Shown: positions 9,890 through 19,572, numbered from the stretch's first letter. The stretch is DNA of 64,000 nt from Candidatus Krumholzibacteriota bacterium (GCA_963727455.1 CAVSGG010000008.1:416001-480000); one strand, 5' to 3'. Numbers and translations: made by a program. Notes: a model not told the origin generated them from the sequence alone.

Positions 9890-12006
9890 GGTTTTAGTCC
9901 GAAGCGCTTCATCTGCTCCCGCGGCAGCAGATGGGCTGCGCTCAAGTCGGGAAGAAATCTCTGAGGATCGGCGCGCAATCCGGCCACGCGACGATCCACG
10001 AATACTCGCCCCTTCTCAGTCCACAGGGGCACGAAGATGGCCTGATTCAAGAGCCAGTCTTCCACCTCGCCCGCCAGCTCATCATCGTTCAGCGAGTTCG
10101 TCGCTTGCGCACGCCGCTCGGCATCTTTCTTCCACGAATCGAGCATCCCACACGCTTCCAAAAGAGCCATCACTTTGTCTCTCGTCGTTCCCGCCGGCAG
10201 TATCAATCGTCCGAAGTCGACTTGGTTGCCGCCATCCAAGCCACATTCACCCTGCACGGAAGCTTGTGCTGCCTCGAGCTCGCTGGCCGCGGGCGCACTC
10301 GTGGAAGTGCGTGCTCCCCGGTCGCGCGCGAGGAAGCCCAGCCGTTCCTGCAATTCCTCGCGGAGCGCACTGGGAAGCCGATCCACGGTCCCCGGGCAAC
10401 CTCGAAAAGTGAATTGCAGTTCTTCTCCTTGCAAGGAACCCACTTCCTCTGGTTCGTTGGCTCGCTCTCTCCCGCTCAGGGGCAGACGCGGCGCGAGTTC
10501 GGCGCGGCTCAGACCAAAGAGCTCGAAGGGACCCAGCGATCGCAGCCAGGCCGCAACGGTCCGGCGCCGCTGCAGAGGCATGGCGGGAGAGAGTCTGGCG
10601 ATTCCCCAAACCGGCGCGGCCGGAACCACTTTCCAGCGCGCGGTATCGCCGAAGACGAGAGGCTTCTTGGCGGCCGACGCCAGCCAGTCGGGAAACTCCT
10701 TCGCCAAGGGACTGAAGCGGATCACGTGCATGTCCGGATCGAGGTGGTGAAGCCGCAACTCGGGCAGGAGGCGCCAACTCGCCCTCCAGAACGAAAGGGG
10801 AGCGTAGCAGGCGGCACGGGGCGTGAAATCGGCGAACTCCCCCCAGACGTGCGCGCGATGATGCGGGTTGAGATATAGCTCATGGGTGATCGTCAGATCT
10901 TCCCCGAGTTCATCCGGAACTAAGGGCCAGGCAAAGTCGCTCGCGATCCGTACCGCCTCCATCCGCGTCGCTTGTCCGCGGGACGGGGGCTCAGGAAGAG
11001 TGCGCATGGTGGCGGCGAAGAGTTGCAGAACCGAGCCGCCATCGGGACCCACCCGCAACACGAGCCAGGTATCCGGAAGGTTCCAATTGTCCGGGGCGGC
11101 GACGATGCTCACGATCTGTGATTCACTCGCCTCAGCAAGAGGGAGTCGCATGCCCTCACCACCTCGGCTCAAGGACCACTGCTGCAGTTCTCCTTCGCCG
11201 CGGGGCAGATCCGCATTGCTCAGGACGAGACGGAGATCGCGCTGCATGAGCAGAAGCGGAGGCGAGAGCCCGTGGGTGAGCGCTCGAGCCAGTACCTTGC
11301 GCTGGATTGCCTCCAACGAAGCGAAGGGCTTCAGAGTCCTCGGCTTCAATTGCAACGAGCTTCTGTGCCACTCGAGTTTTCGCAGGCCCTGCCCTGTGTC
11401 CAGGAATACCTCACCCTTCAGTCGGAGCAGCGCGCGCGAAGGCCCCGGTTCCAAAGTGGCCAAAGGGGGGTTCTCTTTCGCATCCAAAGGCCAGGTATAC
11501 TGCAAGCTCTTCGCGACGGCGACTTTGAACGGCTGGCTGCGCCACATGCGCCGCGCCGAACAAATCACCAAATTCAGCTCCGGCTCGAAGAGTCCATTGC
11601 TCTCCACCATCCAGACCACTGCTCTGGAGGAGCTCGAGCGTAACCAGGCCTGGATTGCGGCTGCAGTATCCAGCTCCTCGGGAGGCTGCAGAGGTCGCAG
11701 GTGTCCATTGCGAGCGGCGAGAGCGAAGCAGAGCGCGGATGCCTCCCAGTTTCCGTTGCCGCTCACCGCCGGCGGAATCAGCCACCGCTGCTGGGATTCG
11801 GGAGCAACGCGAGATCTGATCGCATCATGTACCGCTTCGGTGAGCTGCTCGGCGATGTGATCGATGAGAGGAGATTGCAGGATTTCGCGTTCTCGTGACC
11901 GCTCAGAAAGAACGAGTCCCCGGGGACCCACGCATCCGAGAAAACCCTGCAGGGCGAGTAGCAGGATGATTCCTCGCAGCATGACCTCGAGCCCGGTGTC
12001 TTTCAC
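9886..12006 (-). CDS. large putative lipoprotein; C-terminus resembles family-5 solute-binding proteins
   Basis: Signal peptide with lipobox-like FLGC. Tail EVEDWLLNQAIFVPLW...VDRRVAGL. Translationally coupled to the kinase. Confidence 0.6.
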   Translation of the reverse strand: MKDTGLEVMLRGIILLLALQGFLGCVGPRGLVLSERSREREILQSPLIDHIAEQLTEAVHDAIRSRVAPESQQRWLIPPAVSGNGNWEASALCFALAARNGHLRPLQPPEELDTAAAIQAWLRSSSSRAVVWMVESNGLFEPELNLVICSARRMWRSQPFKVAVAKSLQYTWPLDAKENPPLATLEPGPSRALLRLKGEVFLDTGQGLRKLEWHRSSLQLKPRTLKPFASLEAIQRKVLARALTHGLSPPLLLMQRDLRLVLSNADLPRGEGELQQWSLSRGGEGMRLPLAEASESQIVSIVAAPDNWNLPDTWLVLRVGPDGGSVLQLFAATMRTLPEPPSRGQATRMEAVRIASDFAWPLVPDELGEDLTITHELYLNPHHRAHVWGEFADFTPRAACYAPLSFWRASWRLLPELRLHHLDPDMHVIRFSPLAKEFPDWLASAAKKPLVFGDTARWKVVPAAPVWGIARLSPAMPLQRRRTVAAWLRSLGPFELFGLSRAELAPRLPLSGRERANEPEEVGSLQGEELQFTFRGCPGTVDRLPSALREELQERLGFLARDRGARTSTSAPAASELEAAQASVQGECGLDGGNQVDFGRLILPAGTTRDKVMALLEACGMLDSWKKDAERRAQATNSLNDDELAGEVEDWLLNQAIFVPLWTEKGRVFVDRRVAGLRADPQRFLPDLSAAHLLPREQMKRFGLKP

Positions 12007-12016
12007 GAATTCGCTC

Positions 12017-14440
12017 TCACTTCTTGCGTTCGCTCTCCATCTGGAATTTCGGTTGCTTCACCTTCGGGGGAGCGGAGCGATACCAGCGCGTCTCACTGGA
12101 ATGCAGTTGCCACCAATCGATCCAGAAAGCGTTCAGGGCGGCGGACTCCGCGCTTCCTTCGTCGGGCCCGGCCTGCAGAGTGATGCGCCGAAGGAGCTTG
12201 CGAATGAGGGCCTGCACCTGGGGATAAGGGATCGCCACCATCATTCCCTTTTCGCCGGGAAGAGGACGTAGCGGGATACGCCGGTAGGCGGGAGAGAATC
12301 CCTTGGCGATCGCGGCTTCGCGGTCGATCGGTAGCCACTCCATCAACTCGGCGACGAGCTGGGACTGCTGGGGTCCAATCTGGTCCAAGAGCAGATCTTG
12401 AAATCCGTCGGCCACGTAGAGCTGTTTCAAAAACTGTCCCATGGGCTTGCCACCCTCTTCCACCGGGCGGCCGAGTCCGTCAAGCCATGGCGCGAGGCTG
12501 GGCGCGGCCTTCGGATCACGCCAGTAGCGGGCCTGGAAGCGAGCCTCCCGCCAGAAGCTCGCGTAGCTCTTGATGACACCGTCCTCCTCGGCTCCACTGG
12601 GAACGAAGGAGCACACGCGGCCCAAAATGGCCAAGGGGATGGCGCGCAGTTCTTCCGCACGGTGACCCACCATCATGCCCGCACCCGCGTCCCAGTGCCG
12701 GTGGGGGAAGCCAAGACTCTCAAAATCGACTTTGTACAACATGATCAGGTGCATGCACTCGCTGACCAAGAGGCCGTCACGTCCGGGGGCGAGGGCCTGA
12801 AGCAATGCGTGGAGACCCAGGGGGTCGTCCGCGAGAGTCTCCAGGAGATCCTCAACCCCGCGTGCCTCGGGACCGGGCGGAGCTCTGAGCTCGCGCAACC
12901 AAGTCGTGGGATCAGGCCGCTCTTCGGGGTCGAACCAGAACTGCGCATCCATTCCTCGGTCCACCCACCAAGCATCCCATAGCTCGACGCGGGCCGCCAC
13001 GACGCTGGCCCGCGCGAAGCCGGAAGTCTTGGAGAGCTCGTCGCGCGCAATCGCTCTCTGCATGCGCGCATCACGTCCCACGTCGGGATCGAGCGCAATT
13101 CGCTGCAACAACTCCACGCCTTGACGGCGGAGATCACTCCAAGCCGGTGGCCTCTGAGAGGGGCTGGGACCGAAATCATGGACCTCGTAGAGCCCTTGAA
13201 TCCTCTGGCGCGCTTGGGCGTCACTCTCATCCAGGAGAGCGAGAAGCCGGTGGGTGAGACGACGCTGACGCCGGTCCGCGCGCAAAAGCACCCGCTTGGA
13301 GAGCGTCGAATCCGCCGCCATCGCGTAAAGCAGTCCCGGCAGACCCGAAGAGCTCTTCCAATCACTCTCTGCGCCCAAGGAAGCGAGCACTTCAGCTTCA
13401 CTTTTCAAGAGAGGGGCCTGCGTGCTCGTCTCAGCGCCTGCGAGCGACGGTGTGGCGGGCGCGAACGAGGCCCAGGCAAGAAGGAACAGGAAGAAGAGCA
13501 GCGCCGAGGTCGACGCTCGTTTGCGGGGCGAACTCAATTCGGAAGGGGCAGGACCCTCACGCCGCGCTTTGTAATCACGGTACGCCCTGCGCAGCGCCTT
13601 GAAACCCGAGAGGACCATTCCACTCTGTACTGCCGGGCGCCAAAGGCGCAGCCACAGCAGAAGGAGCGCCCACCGGCTCGGAGCACCCTTGGGGCCAAAG
13701 CGACGCACCAGAGTCAGGCGGCTACGCAAGTTGTAGTAGAGAAACAGAGGAGAGGAAACGCGCGTGGTGGCCGAGACCTTGTGGAGTAGTCGCGCCTTTG
13801 GCGCAACCACGATTTCATACCCCGCCTTTTCGGCCCTGAGACAGAGGTCCACGTCCTCGCAAAAGTGAAAGTACCTGGGGTCGAGATCTCCGACTTCCTC
13901 CAGTAGCGCACGGGATAGAAGCATGGCGCAACCGGTGACGTAGAAATGCAGATTGCCGCGCTTCTTGAGCTCGCGGTCAGGGAGCGGAGACTGGACGTGC
14001 CGTACGCGAGCACTCGCGATGTCGAAGCGTCCGCCGCCGAAGGCCCAGAGACGCTCGGGAGCGTCGTAATAGGCAATGCTCGCTCCCACCACTCCGACCT
14101 TCTCCCCGCGATTGGCGCGCTCGAGCATGTGCCTCAAGAAATCGGGCTCCACTACCGTGTCGTTATTGAGAAGGAGAACGAAGCGCGCCCCCCGTTCGAG
14201 CGCCCAGCGAATGCCGGCGTTGTTACCGCCGGCGAAGCCCAGATTGGCGCCGGTCTGAAGGATCGCCAGCTCGGGGTGAGCCGCGCGGATGGCGGTCTCG
14301 CTGCCGTCGCTACTTCCGTTGTCCACCACGAGAATCTCGTGGCTCTCGCCCTCCAGCGCTTTCAAGCTCTCAAGGCAGGCGAGCGTGTCCTCCTTGCCGT
14401 TCCAGTTGAGCACGACGATGACGATTTCCGGCGACGACAC
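12017..14440 (-). CDS. GT2 glycosyltransferase fused in frame to a signal/TM segment and a ~470-aa unknown repeat domain
   Basis: VVLNWNG, VVDNGSSD, NLGFAGGNN, LLNNDT, EDVDLCLR, then LLFFLFLLAWASFA and a Trp-rich domain. Confidence 0.8.
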   Translation of the reverse strand: MSSPEIVIVVLNWNGKEDTLACLESLKALEGESHEILVVDNGSSDGSETAIRAAHPELAILQTGANLGFAGGNNAGIRWALERGARFVLLLNNDTVVEPDFLRHMLERANRGEKVGVVGASIAYYDAPERLWAFGGGRFDIASARVRHVQSPLPDRELKKRGNLHFYVTGCAMLLSRALLEEVGDLDPRYFHFCEDVDLCLRAEKAGYEIVVAPKARLLHKVSATTRVSSPLFLYYNLRSRLTLVRRFGPKGAPSRWALLLLWLRLWRPAVQSGMVLSGFKALRRAYRDYKARREGPAPSELSSPRKRASTSALLFFLFLLAWASFAPATPSLAGAETSTQAPLLKSEAEVLASLGAESDWKSSSGLPGLLYAMAADSTLSKRVLLRADRRQRRLTHRLLALLDESDAQARQRIQGLYEVHDFGPSPSQRPPAWSDLRRQGVELLQRIALDPDVGRDARMQRAIARDELSKTSGFARASVVAARVELWDAWWVDRGMDAQFWFDPEERPDPTTWLRELRAPPGPEARGVEDLLETLADDPLGLHALLQALAPGRDGLLVSECMHLIMLYKVDFESLGFPHRHWDAGAGMMVGHRAEELRAIPLAILGRVCSFVPSGAEEDGVIKSYASFWREARFQARYWRDPKAAPSLAPWLDGLGRPVEEGGKPMGQFLKQLYVADGFQDLLLDQIGPQQSQLVAELMEWLPIDREAAIAKGFSPAYRRIPLRPLPGEKGMMVAIPYPQVQALIRKLLRRITLQAGPDEGSAESAALNAFWIDWWQLHSSETRWYRSAPPKVKQPKFQMESERKK

Positions 14441-14491
14441 CCTGCACCTCTCGAGATGGACGAAACAGGTGACCTCGGCTAGGCTAGGGAT

Positions 14492-15187
14492 ATGACGCGA
14501 ATCAGGCAAGACACGAGCGAAGACTCTCGATTCTTTGCGTTGCTGAACTCGGCTCCACGAGCTCTACTCTGGAGCTGCGCCATTCTCCTTGGCGGGCTGG
14601 GCTGCCAATCCCAACCCGAGGGAAAGCTCTGCCAACCCGCCCAGCTGGACGATCCTGCCGCCTATACCAAAAGCGTCGAAGAGGCACGGAGCGAGCGGGA
14701 CTCGCTCTTTCATCTTCCGGACTCCAGCCCGGTTGCCAAGGAAGACATTCCCGACTGGAAGGGGCTCGAGTTCTACCCCGTCGAGCCCAGCTACGTACTC
14801 GACGGACCGCTCATCCGCCGGGCGAAGGCCGTTCCGGTGGAAATCCCCGACAGCGGGGGAGAGACGCGCAAGGCCGAAAACATCGGCTACTTCCTCCTGG
14901 ATCTCGGTGCCGGTCCGGAGAAGCTGAGCGTATTCCACATGCTCGAGAGCGACTCCCTCTTCTTACCCTTCCTCGATGCCACCAGCGGAGCGGAAACCTA
15001 TCCCGCGGGCCGTTACCTCGAGCTGGAGAAGCTCGGCGACGACCGGTACCGCCTCGATTTCAACCTGGCGTACAATCCCTATTGCGCCTACGGGGGAGAC
15101 TGGTCCTGTCCGATCACCCCCGAGAGCAATCGTCTGAAGGCGGCGGTGCGCGCGGGGGAACGGGGCTACAAGTTTCTTCACGAATGA
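14492..15187 (+). CDS. DUF1684 family protein (putative lipoprotein)
   Basis: ETYPAGRYL, LDFNLAYNPYCAY, SCP, VRAGE. Lipobox-like GLGC. Confidence 0.88.
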   Translation: MTRIRQDTSEDSRFFALLNSAPRALLWSCAILLGGLGCQSQPEGKLCQPAQLDDPAAYTKSVEEARSERDSLFHLPDSSPVAKEDIPDWKGLEFYPVEPSYVLDGPLIRRAKAVPVEIPDSGGETRKAENIGYFLLDLGAGPEKLSVFHMLESDSLFLPFLDATSGAETYPAGRYLELEKLGDDRYRLDFNLAYNPYCAYGGDWSCPITPESNRLKAAVRAGERGYKFLHE

Positions 15188-15189
15188 GC

Positions 15190-17226
15190 TCAGGGAGCTT
15201 GATCACGGCGGTGTTCCTTCGACCGCCGGGGGAGGTTGAGGCACACTCGCATACCGGGTTCCTCGGGTCTGTCGAGCCGGAGAATGACCTCGTCGCCGAA
15301 GAGTTCCTGCGCAGCTCTGAGGACGCGCGAGAGTCCTCCCTCACCGCGTAGCGCATCCTGGTGCAGATCGCCGAGAAAGCCCCGGCCATTGTCTTCCACC
15401 GTCAGCGAGCATCGTCCACCTTGTGCGGCAGCGCTGACATAGATCTTCCCCGTGTGCAATTCCCGCGAGAGTCCGTGGATGAGCGCGTTGTCGATCAAGG
15501 GTTGCAACACCCGGCGCGGCACCAGCTGTTCCTTGAGGGCCGGATCGAAACTGATGCCCACCTCCAGGCGATTGCGCAAACGAAGTTTCTCCAGCGCGAG
15601 TAGATCCCGAGCAAAGGCCATCTCTTCGCTCAGGGAAACGCCGCTCCCGTCCTTTTCCAGGATGTAGGCATACGCGCGCCGAAGAGACTTGAGAATGTCT
15701 CTCGCAGCCTGCGGATCGCGTTCCCCGACTTCGGAGCAGATCCGCAGGATCGACTCCACGAGTTCCGGGTCGAGTCGCTCACGCATCGCAACCAGCTCGC
15801 GACGAGCGGAAGCGAGTTCTCTTCGGCTCACCGCCAATTCGCCACGCAACTCCTCCACTTCGCTCGCGATGTCATGCACCCGGGCGCGCGCCGCGGCGCC
15901 GCTGCGCGCCTCGAATTCACCCGCGCCCATCGCATCGAGCGCGCTACCCAAGAGTTCGGAGACGACCTCGAGATACTGGCGTTCGGCGTCGAACCAGGGG
16001 TAGCAGTTGCGACGTTCTCCGAGCAGCAACCAGCCCAGGGGCCGACCTGCCGCCGCCAGAGAAACCCGTAGCCGATAGGATTGCTCCTCGTCCTTCAAGC
16101 TCTCGGCCCATTGCCGATTGCGCGGGGTATCGCCCAAGAGTAACCGCAAGGACTTCGGGTGAACTGCTTCCTGAATGTCCAGAAGAGCCCCGCGCTCGAG
16201 TTCCAGGAGAGAGCGAGATCGACTCAATCTCTGCGCGAAGCGGTGCACCGCTCTCCGCAAATCCACGTCGCGATCGAAGAGGACGCGATCCATCCAGGGG
16301 CGGAGCGCTCGATCCAGCGCCGGCCCTATCGCGATCGCAGCGCCCAAAACCAAAAGACGCGTGAGACTGGTCGCATAGCGTCCCCAGCTCGGCTCGCCGA
16401 ACTGAATGCGGTTGAATACGAAGAGAACCATGAGAGACAGAGCGGTCCAGAGCAGCAAGCGAATCCCGTCACGGATGTAGCGATCCATGAAGGAGAACTC
16501 GTAACGCACCAGCCCGAAGAACACCACGAAGGAGACACTCTGTAGATGCAGAATTGGCAGAACCGCGAGTCGAACTCTCGCTGGATGGGAATCGTGCCAC
16601 AGCGCGACGAAGAACACGCAAAGAAGTAATCCGAGCAGCATCAAACCTCGACCGAGGTTGGCGATGCCCACCCGTTCTTGCCCCGGACGCGCGGGAAAGA
16701 GAACCAGAATGAGGAACACCAGGGATCCCGCGAAAAGGTAGGCCGAGAGCGGCCCCAAGAGAGCACGCCACTCACCCACCTGCGCATGGAGCGTGCTGGT
16801 GCCTCCCGCGTAATAGGCAAGCGCCAGAACGAGCACCCACCAAGCCGCCACCACGTAGATTTTTCGATAGCGCTGTACATGGGTGATGATGGCGGCGCGC
16901 AGGCTCGGCGGAGGTCGGCGATACAACCTGCGAAAATTGGCGAAGAGCTGAAAGAAGATCGTGAGAACCAGAAGTTGCAGCATCAGCTGCAAGCGCGTGA
17001 GCCAGAGGGCGCGATGGGGTGCGAGACCTCCGGGCGCTAAAGCCATGGAGTATTCGAAAAGCTGCAGGAGGTGCCAGGCCGCTAATACGAAGTTGGCCGT
17101 GGCGAAAATCTTGACTTCGGTCCCACGCGAGCGACGCGCCAGGATCAATAACGCGAGGCTCAAATGCAACGCCGTTGCGAGCGAGTAAACGAGCAGCGAG
17201 CCCAATATCAGATCTGCTCTATTCAT
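15190..17226 (-). CDS. multi-TM LytS/YehU-family kinase-like protein lacking the phosphoacceptor His
   Basis: VSLSEEM, LEKLRL, LQPLIDNALIHG, EDNGRGF. H-box position reads RLDPELVES. Start at 17226 or 17271. Confidence 0.78.
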   Translation of the reverse strand: MNRADLILGSLLVYSLATALHLSLALLILARRSRGTEVKIFATANFVLAAWHLLQLFEYSMALAPGGLAPHRALWLTRLQLMLQLLVLTIFFQLFANFRRLYRRPPPSLRAAIITHVQRYRKIYVVAAWWVLVLALAYYAGGTSTLHAQVGEWRALLGPLSAYLFAGSLVFLILVLFPARPGQERVGIANLGRGLMLLGLLLCVFFVALWHDSHPARVRLAVLPILHLQSVSFVVFFGLVRYEFSFMDRYIRDGIRLLLWTALSLMVLFVFNRIQFGEPSWGRYATSLTRLLVLGAAIAIGPALDRALRPWMDRVLFDRDVDLRRAVHRFAQRLSRSRSLLELERGALLDIQEAVHPKSLRLLLGDTPRNRQWAESLKDEEQSYRLRVSLAAAGRPLGWLLLGERRNCYPWFDAERQYLEVVSELLGSALDAMGAGEFEARSGAAARARVHDIASEVEELRGELAVSRRELASARRELVAMRERLDPELVESILRICSEVGERDPQAARDILKSLRRAYAYILEKDGSGVSLSEEMAFARDLLALEKLRLRNRLEVGISFDPALKEQLVPRRVLQPLIDNALIHGLSRELHTGKIYVSAAAQGGRCSLTVEDNGRGFLGDLHQDALRGEGGLSRVLRAAQELFGDEVILRLDRPEEPGMRVCLNLPRRSKEHRRDQAP

Positions 17227-17291
17227 CCTAAGGAGTATAGCAGACAATGCTGCAAAGAGGCGTGACTCCATTGCGCACGAAGGAGGACTCC

Positions 17292-18413
17292 ATGCGGATC
17301 GTCTTGGTGGGACCAGCGAGCCCCTGGCGCGGCGGCATCGCCCATTTCAACGACCTCCTCGCGCGCGAACTCTCCAAATCCCACGAGACCTTCGTCCTGA
17401 GCTTCAAGCGCCAATATCCCAAGCTCCTTTTCCCGGGGAAGTTTCAGAAACATCCGGCCGAAGCCAGCCTCGACGTGGGAGCCGAATCTCTCATCGATTC
17501 CATCGGGCCTTGGAGCTGGTTCACAGCGGCAAGGCGCGTCCGGGAGCTATCGCCCGAGCTATTGGTCTTCCGCTACTGGATGCCCTTTTTCGCACCCTGC
17601 TTCGGCTCGATTCTACGCGGCGCGGTGCGACACGGGAAGCCCGAGAGCGTGGTGATCGCCGACAACGTGATCCCCCACGAACGACGCCCCCTGGACGGGC
17701 TCTTCACTCGCTGGTTCTTTTCGCGAGCGGATCGCTTCGTGGTGATGACGAAAGCCGTGGGCGAGGATCTGCTGCGGGTGCGTCCCGATGCGCGCGTCGA
17801 TCTCGTCCCTCATCCCCTCTACGGGCAGTTCGGGAACGCTATCGATCGGCAAGAAGCTCGACGACGGCTCCTGCTGCCTCCCGATGCCGAACTCATGCTC
17901 TTCTTCGGCTTCATCCGCCCTTACAAGGGCTTGGATACTCTGCTGCGGGCGATGCCGGCCATCCGGGCCGCCCGTCCCCGCGCGCAGCTCATGGTGGTGG
18001 GCGAGTTCTACTCCCAGGAAGCGCGCATTCGAGAGCTCACCAGAGAGCTGGGACTGGAGGACTGTGTGTATTTCGTCTCCGAGTACGTTGCCAATGACCA
18101 GGTGGCGCCCTACTTCTCCGCGGCCGACGTGGTAGTGCTTCCCTATCACCATGCGACCCAAAGCGGCATCATTCCCGTGGCCTACCACATGGGCCGCCCC
18201 GTGGTGACCACCAGGGTCGGAGGACTGGCGGAAGTGATCGAGGACGAAAGAACCGGGATCCTGGTTCCCCCGGAGCGTGCCGACGCGCTGGCCGAGGCGT
18301 TGATTCGATTTTTCGCGGAATCTCTGGGGCCGTCGATGCAAGAGCACGTGGCCAGGGCACGAAAACTCTACACCTGGGAGCGCTTCGCTGCGGCGGTGTG
18401 TGGCAGGAGCTGA
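17292..18413 (+). CDS. GT4 family glycosyltransferase
   Basis: RGGIAHF, FFGFIRPYKGL, VLPYHHATQSG. RBS AGGAGG. Confidence 0.92.
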   Translation: MRIVLVGPASPWRGGIAHFNDLLARELSKSHETFVLSFKRQYPKLLFPGKFQKHPAEASLDVGAESLIDSIGPWSWFTAARRVRELSPELLVFRYWMPFFAPCFGSILRGAVRHGKPESVVIADNVIPHERRPLDGLFTRWFFSRADRFVVMTKAVGEDLLRVRPDARVDLVPHPLYGQFGNAIDRQEARRRLLLPPDAELMLFFGFIRPYKGLDTLLRAMPAIRAARPRAQLMVVGEFYSQEARIRELTRELGLEDCVYFVSEYVANDQVAPYFSAADVVVLPYHHATQSGIIPVAYHMGRPVVTTRVGGLAEVIEDERTGILVPPERADALAEALIRFFAESLGPSMQEHVARARKLYTWERFAAAVCGRS

Positions 18414-18509
18414 GAGCAGAACTCAGAGGGCAGGTAGACGCGACGCGCGACAACACCAGGGGCTTGAACTTGCACGGACCTGGGGGGAATGAAACGAGCA
18501 GCCGCGCAC

Positions 18510-18992
18510 CTAGGAGCCGGCTGCTCGCTTTGCATCCAACTCTTCGCTCTGCAGTTTCTGCAGAATCGACCTGAGCCCCTGAGAAAGATCGAGCAATCTC
18601 TCGTCGGAGAGAATCTCCACCTGTCTCAAGAAGAACTCGTTCTCGAAGGGCACCAATCTCTGGATCGCCTTGGACCCGGCCGGCGTGGCCTTTACGCGAA
18701 ACGAACGACGATCATGGGGATCCGGGCGGCGTTCAATGAGACCTTTTTTTTCCAGACGCAGAATCATTCCCGTCATATTCTGTTTGCTGACACAGAGTCT
18801 ACGGCAAAGCTCGGTGGGGGTTAACCCATCAGCTTTGTCCTCGCGCTCCAGAAGCCCGAGCGTGAGCCACTGCGCTGATGTGATATCTGCGGTCTGACTT
18901 AGGGCGCCCCATCGTCGGTCGAAAAGATTGCTCACCCGCATCGCATCCAGCAGTGCGCGACGGGCAAGCGTCGGCCGATCGAGGGCTGACAT
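18510..18992 (-). CDS. MarR family transcriptional regulator
   Basis: ITSAQW, winged HTH, RLEKKGLIER, DPHDRR. Confidence 0.9.
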   Translation of the reverse strand: MSALDRPTLARRALLDAMRVSNLFDRRWGALSQTADITSAQWLTLGLLEREDKADGLTPTELCRRLCVSKQNMTGMILRLEKKGLIERRPDPHDRRSFRVKATPAGSKAIQRLVPFENEFFLRQVEILSDERLLDLSQGLRSILQKLQSEELDAKRAAGS

Positions 18993-19113
18993 ACTACTTG
19001 CCTCCTCACGAGAGGATTGTCCGTGTCGAGCCTAAACCGCCGCCGCGCCCGCTGCAAGCGGCTTTTCCGCCCGAGCCCCCCGTCCATTGGCGAATAAAAT
19101 ACGAATATTTGAG

Positions 19114-19473
19114 TCAAGCGGGCTTCTCGTGCTTCGCCACCACCGTGGTGTGAATCCCGCCGCGCACATAGAAGTCGCCCTCCACTTCGATCGAAAGCGG
19201 ATCGAGCGCCGCCACGAGGTCGTCCAGGATGCGGTTGGTGACTTCCTCGTGGAACGCGCCCTCGTTGCGGTAGCTCCACAGATACAGTTTGAGCGATTTC
19301 AGCTCCACGCAGAGCTGATCCGGGCAGTAGCGGATCCGCATCGTGGCGAAGTCGGGCTGGCCGGTGCGCGGGCAGAGACAGGTGAACTCCGGCGCCTCGA
19401 AGCGGATTTCGTAGCGTCGGCCCACTCGCGGGTTCGCGAAGGTCTCGAGTTCTTTGGACGGAATGGTGGCCAC
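19114..19473 (-). CDS. queF: NADPH-dependent 7-cyano-7-deazaguanine reductase (type I)
   Basis: [32 protein letters not shown]. Confidence 0.95.
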   Translation of the reverse strand: MATIPSKELETFANPRVGRRYEIRFEAPEFTCLCPRTGQPDFATMRIRYCPDQLCVELKSLKLYLWSYRNEGAFHEEVTNRILDDLVAALDPLSIEVEGDFYVRGGIHTTVVAKHEKPA

Positions 19474-19491
19474 GACGATCCTCCTTCAGCC

Positions 19492-19521
19492 AAGAGGAAA
19501 GGGGGAGCCGAAGCCCCCCCT
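19492..19521 (-). terminator. putative intrinsic terminator downstream of the beta-barrel gene
   Basis: GGGGGGGC-UUCG-GCUCCCCC hairpin followed by UUUCCUCUU (short U tract). Confidence 0.6.
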
Positions 19522-19572
19522 CCCAACTCGCATCACGCAGCCGAGGCCGCGTGGACGAGACAATAGCCTTCT

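Noticed and set aside
19474-19572. preQ1 riboswitch upstream of queF
   Set aside because: No preQ1 aptamer consensus or A-rich tail; only a terminator-like hairpin.
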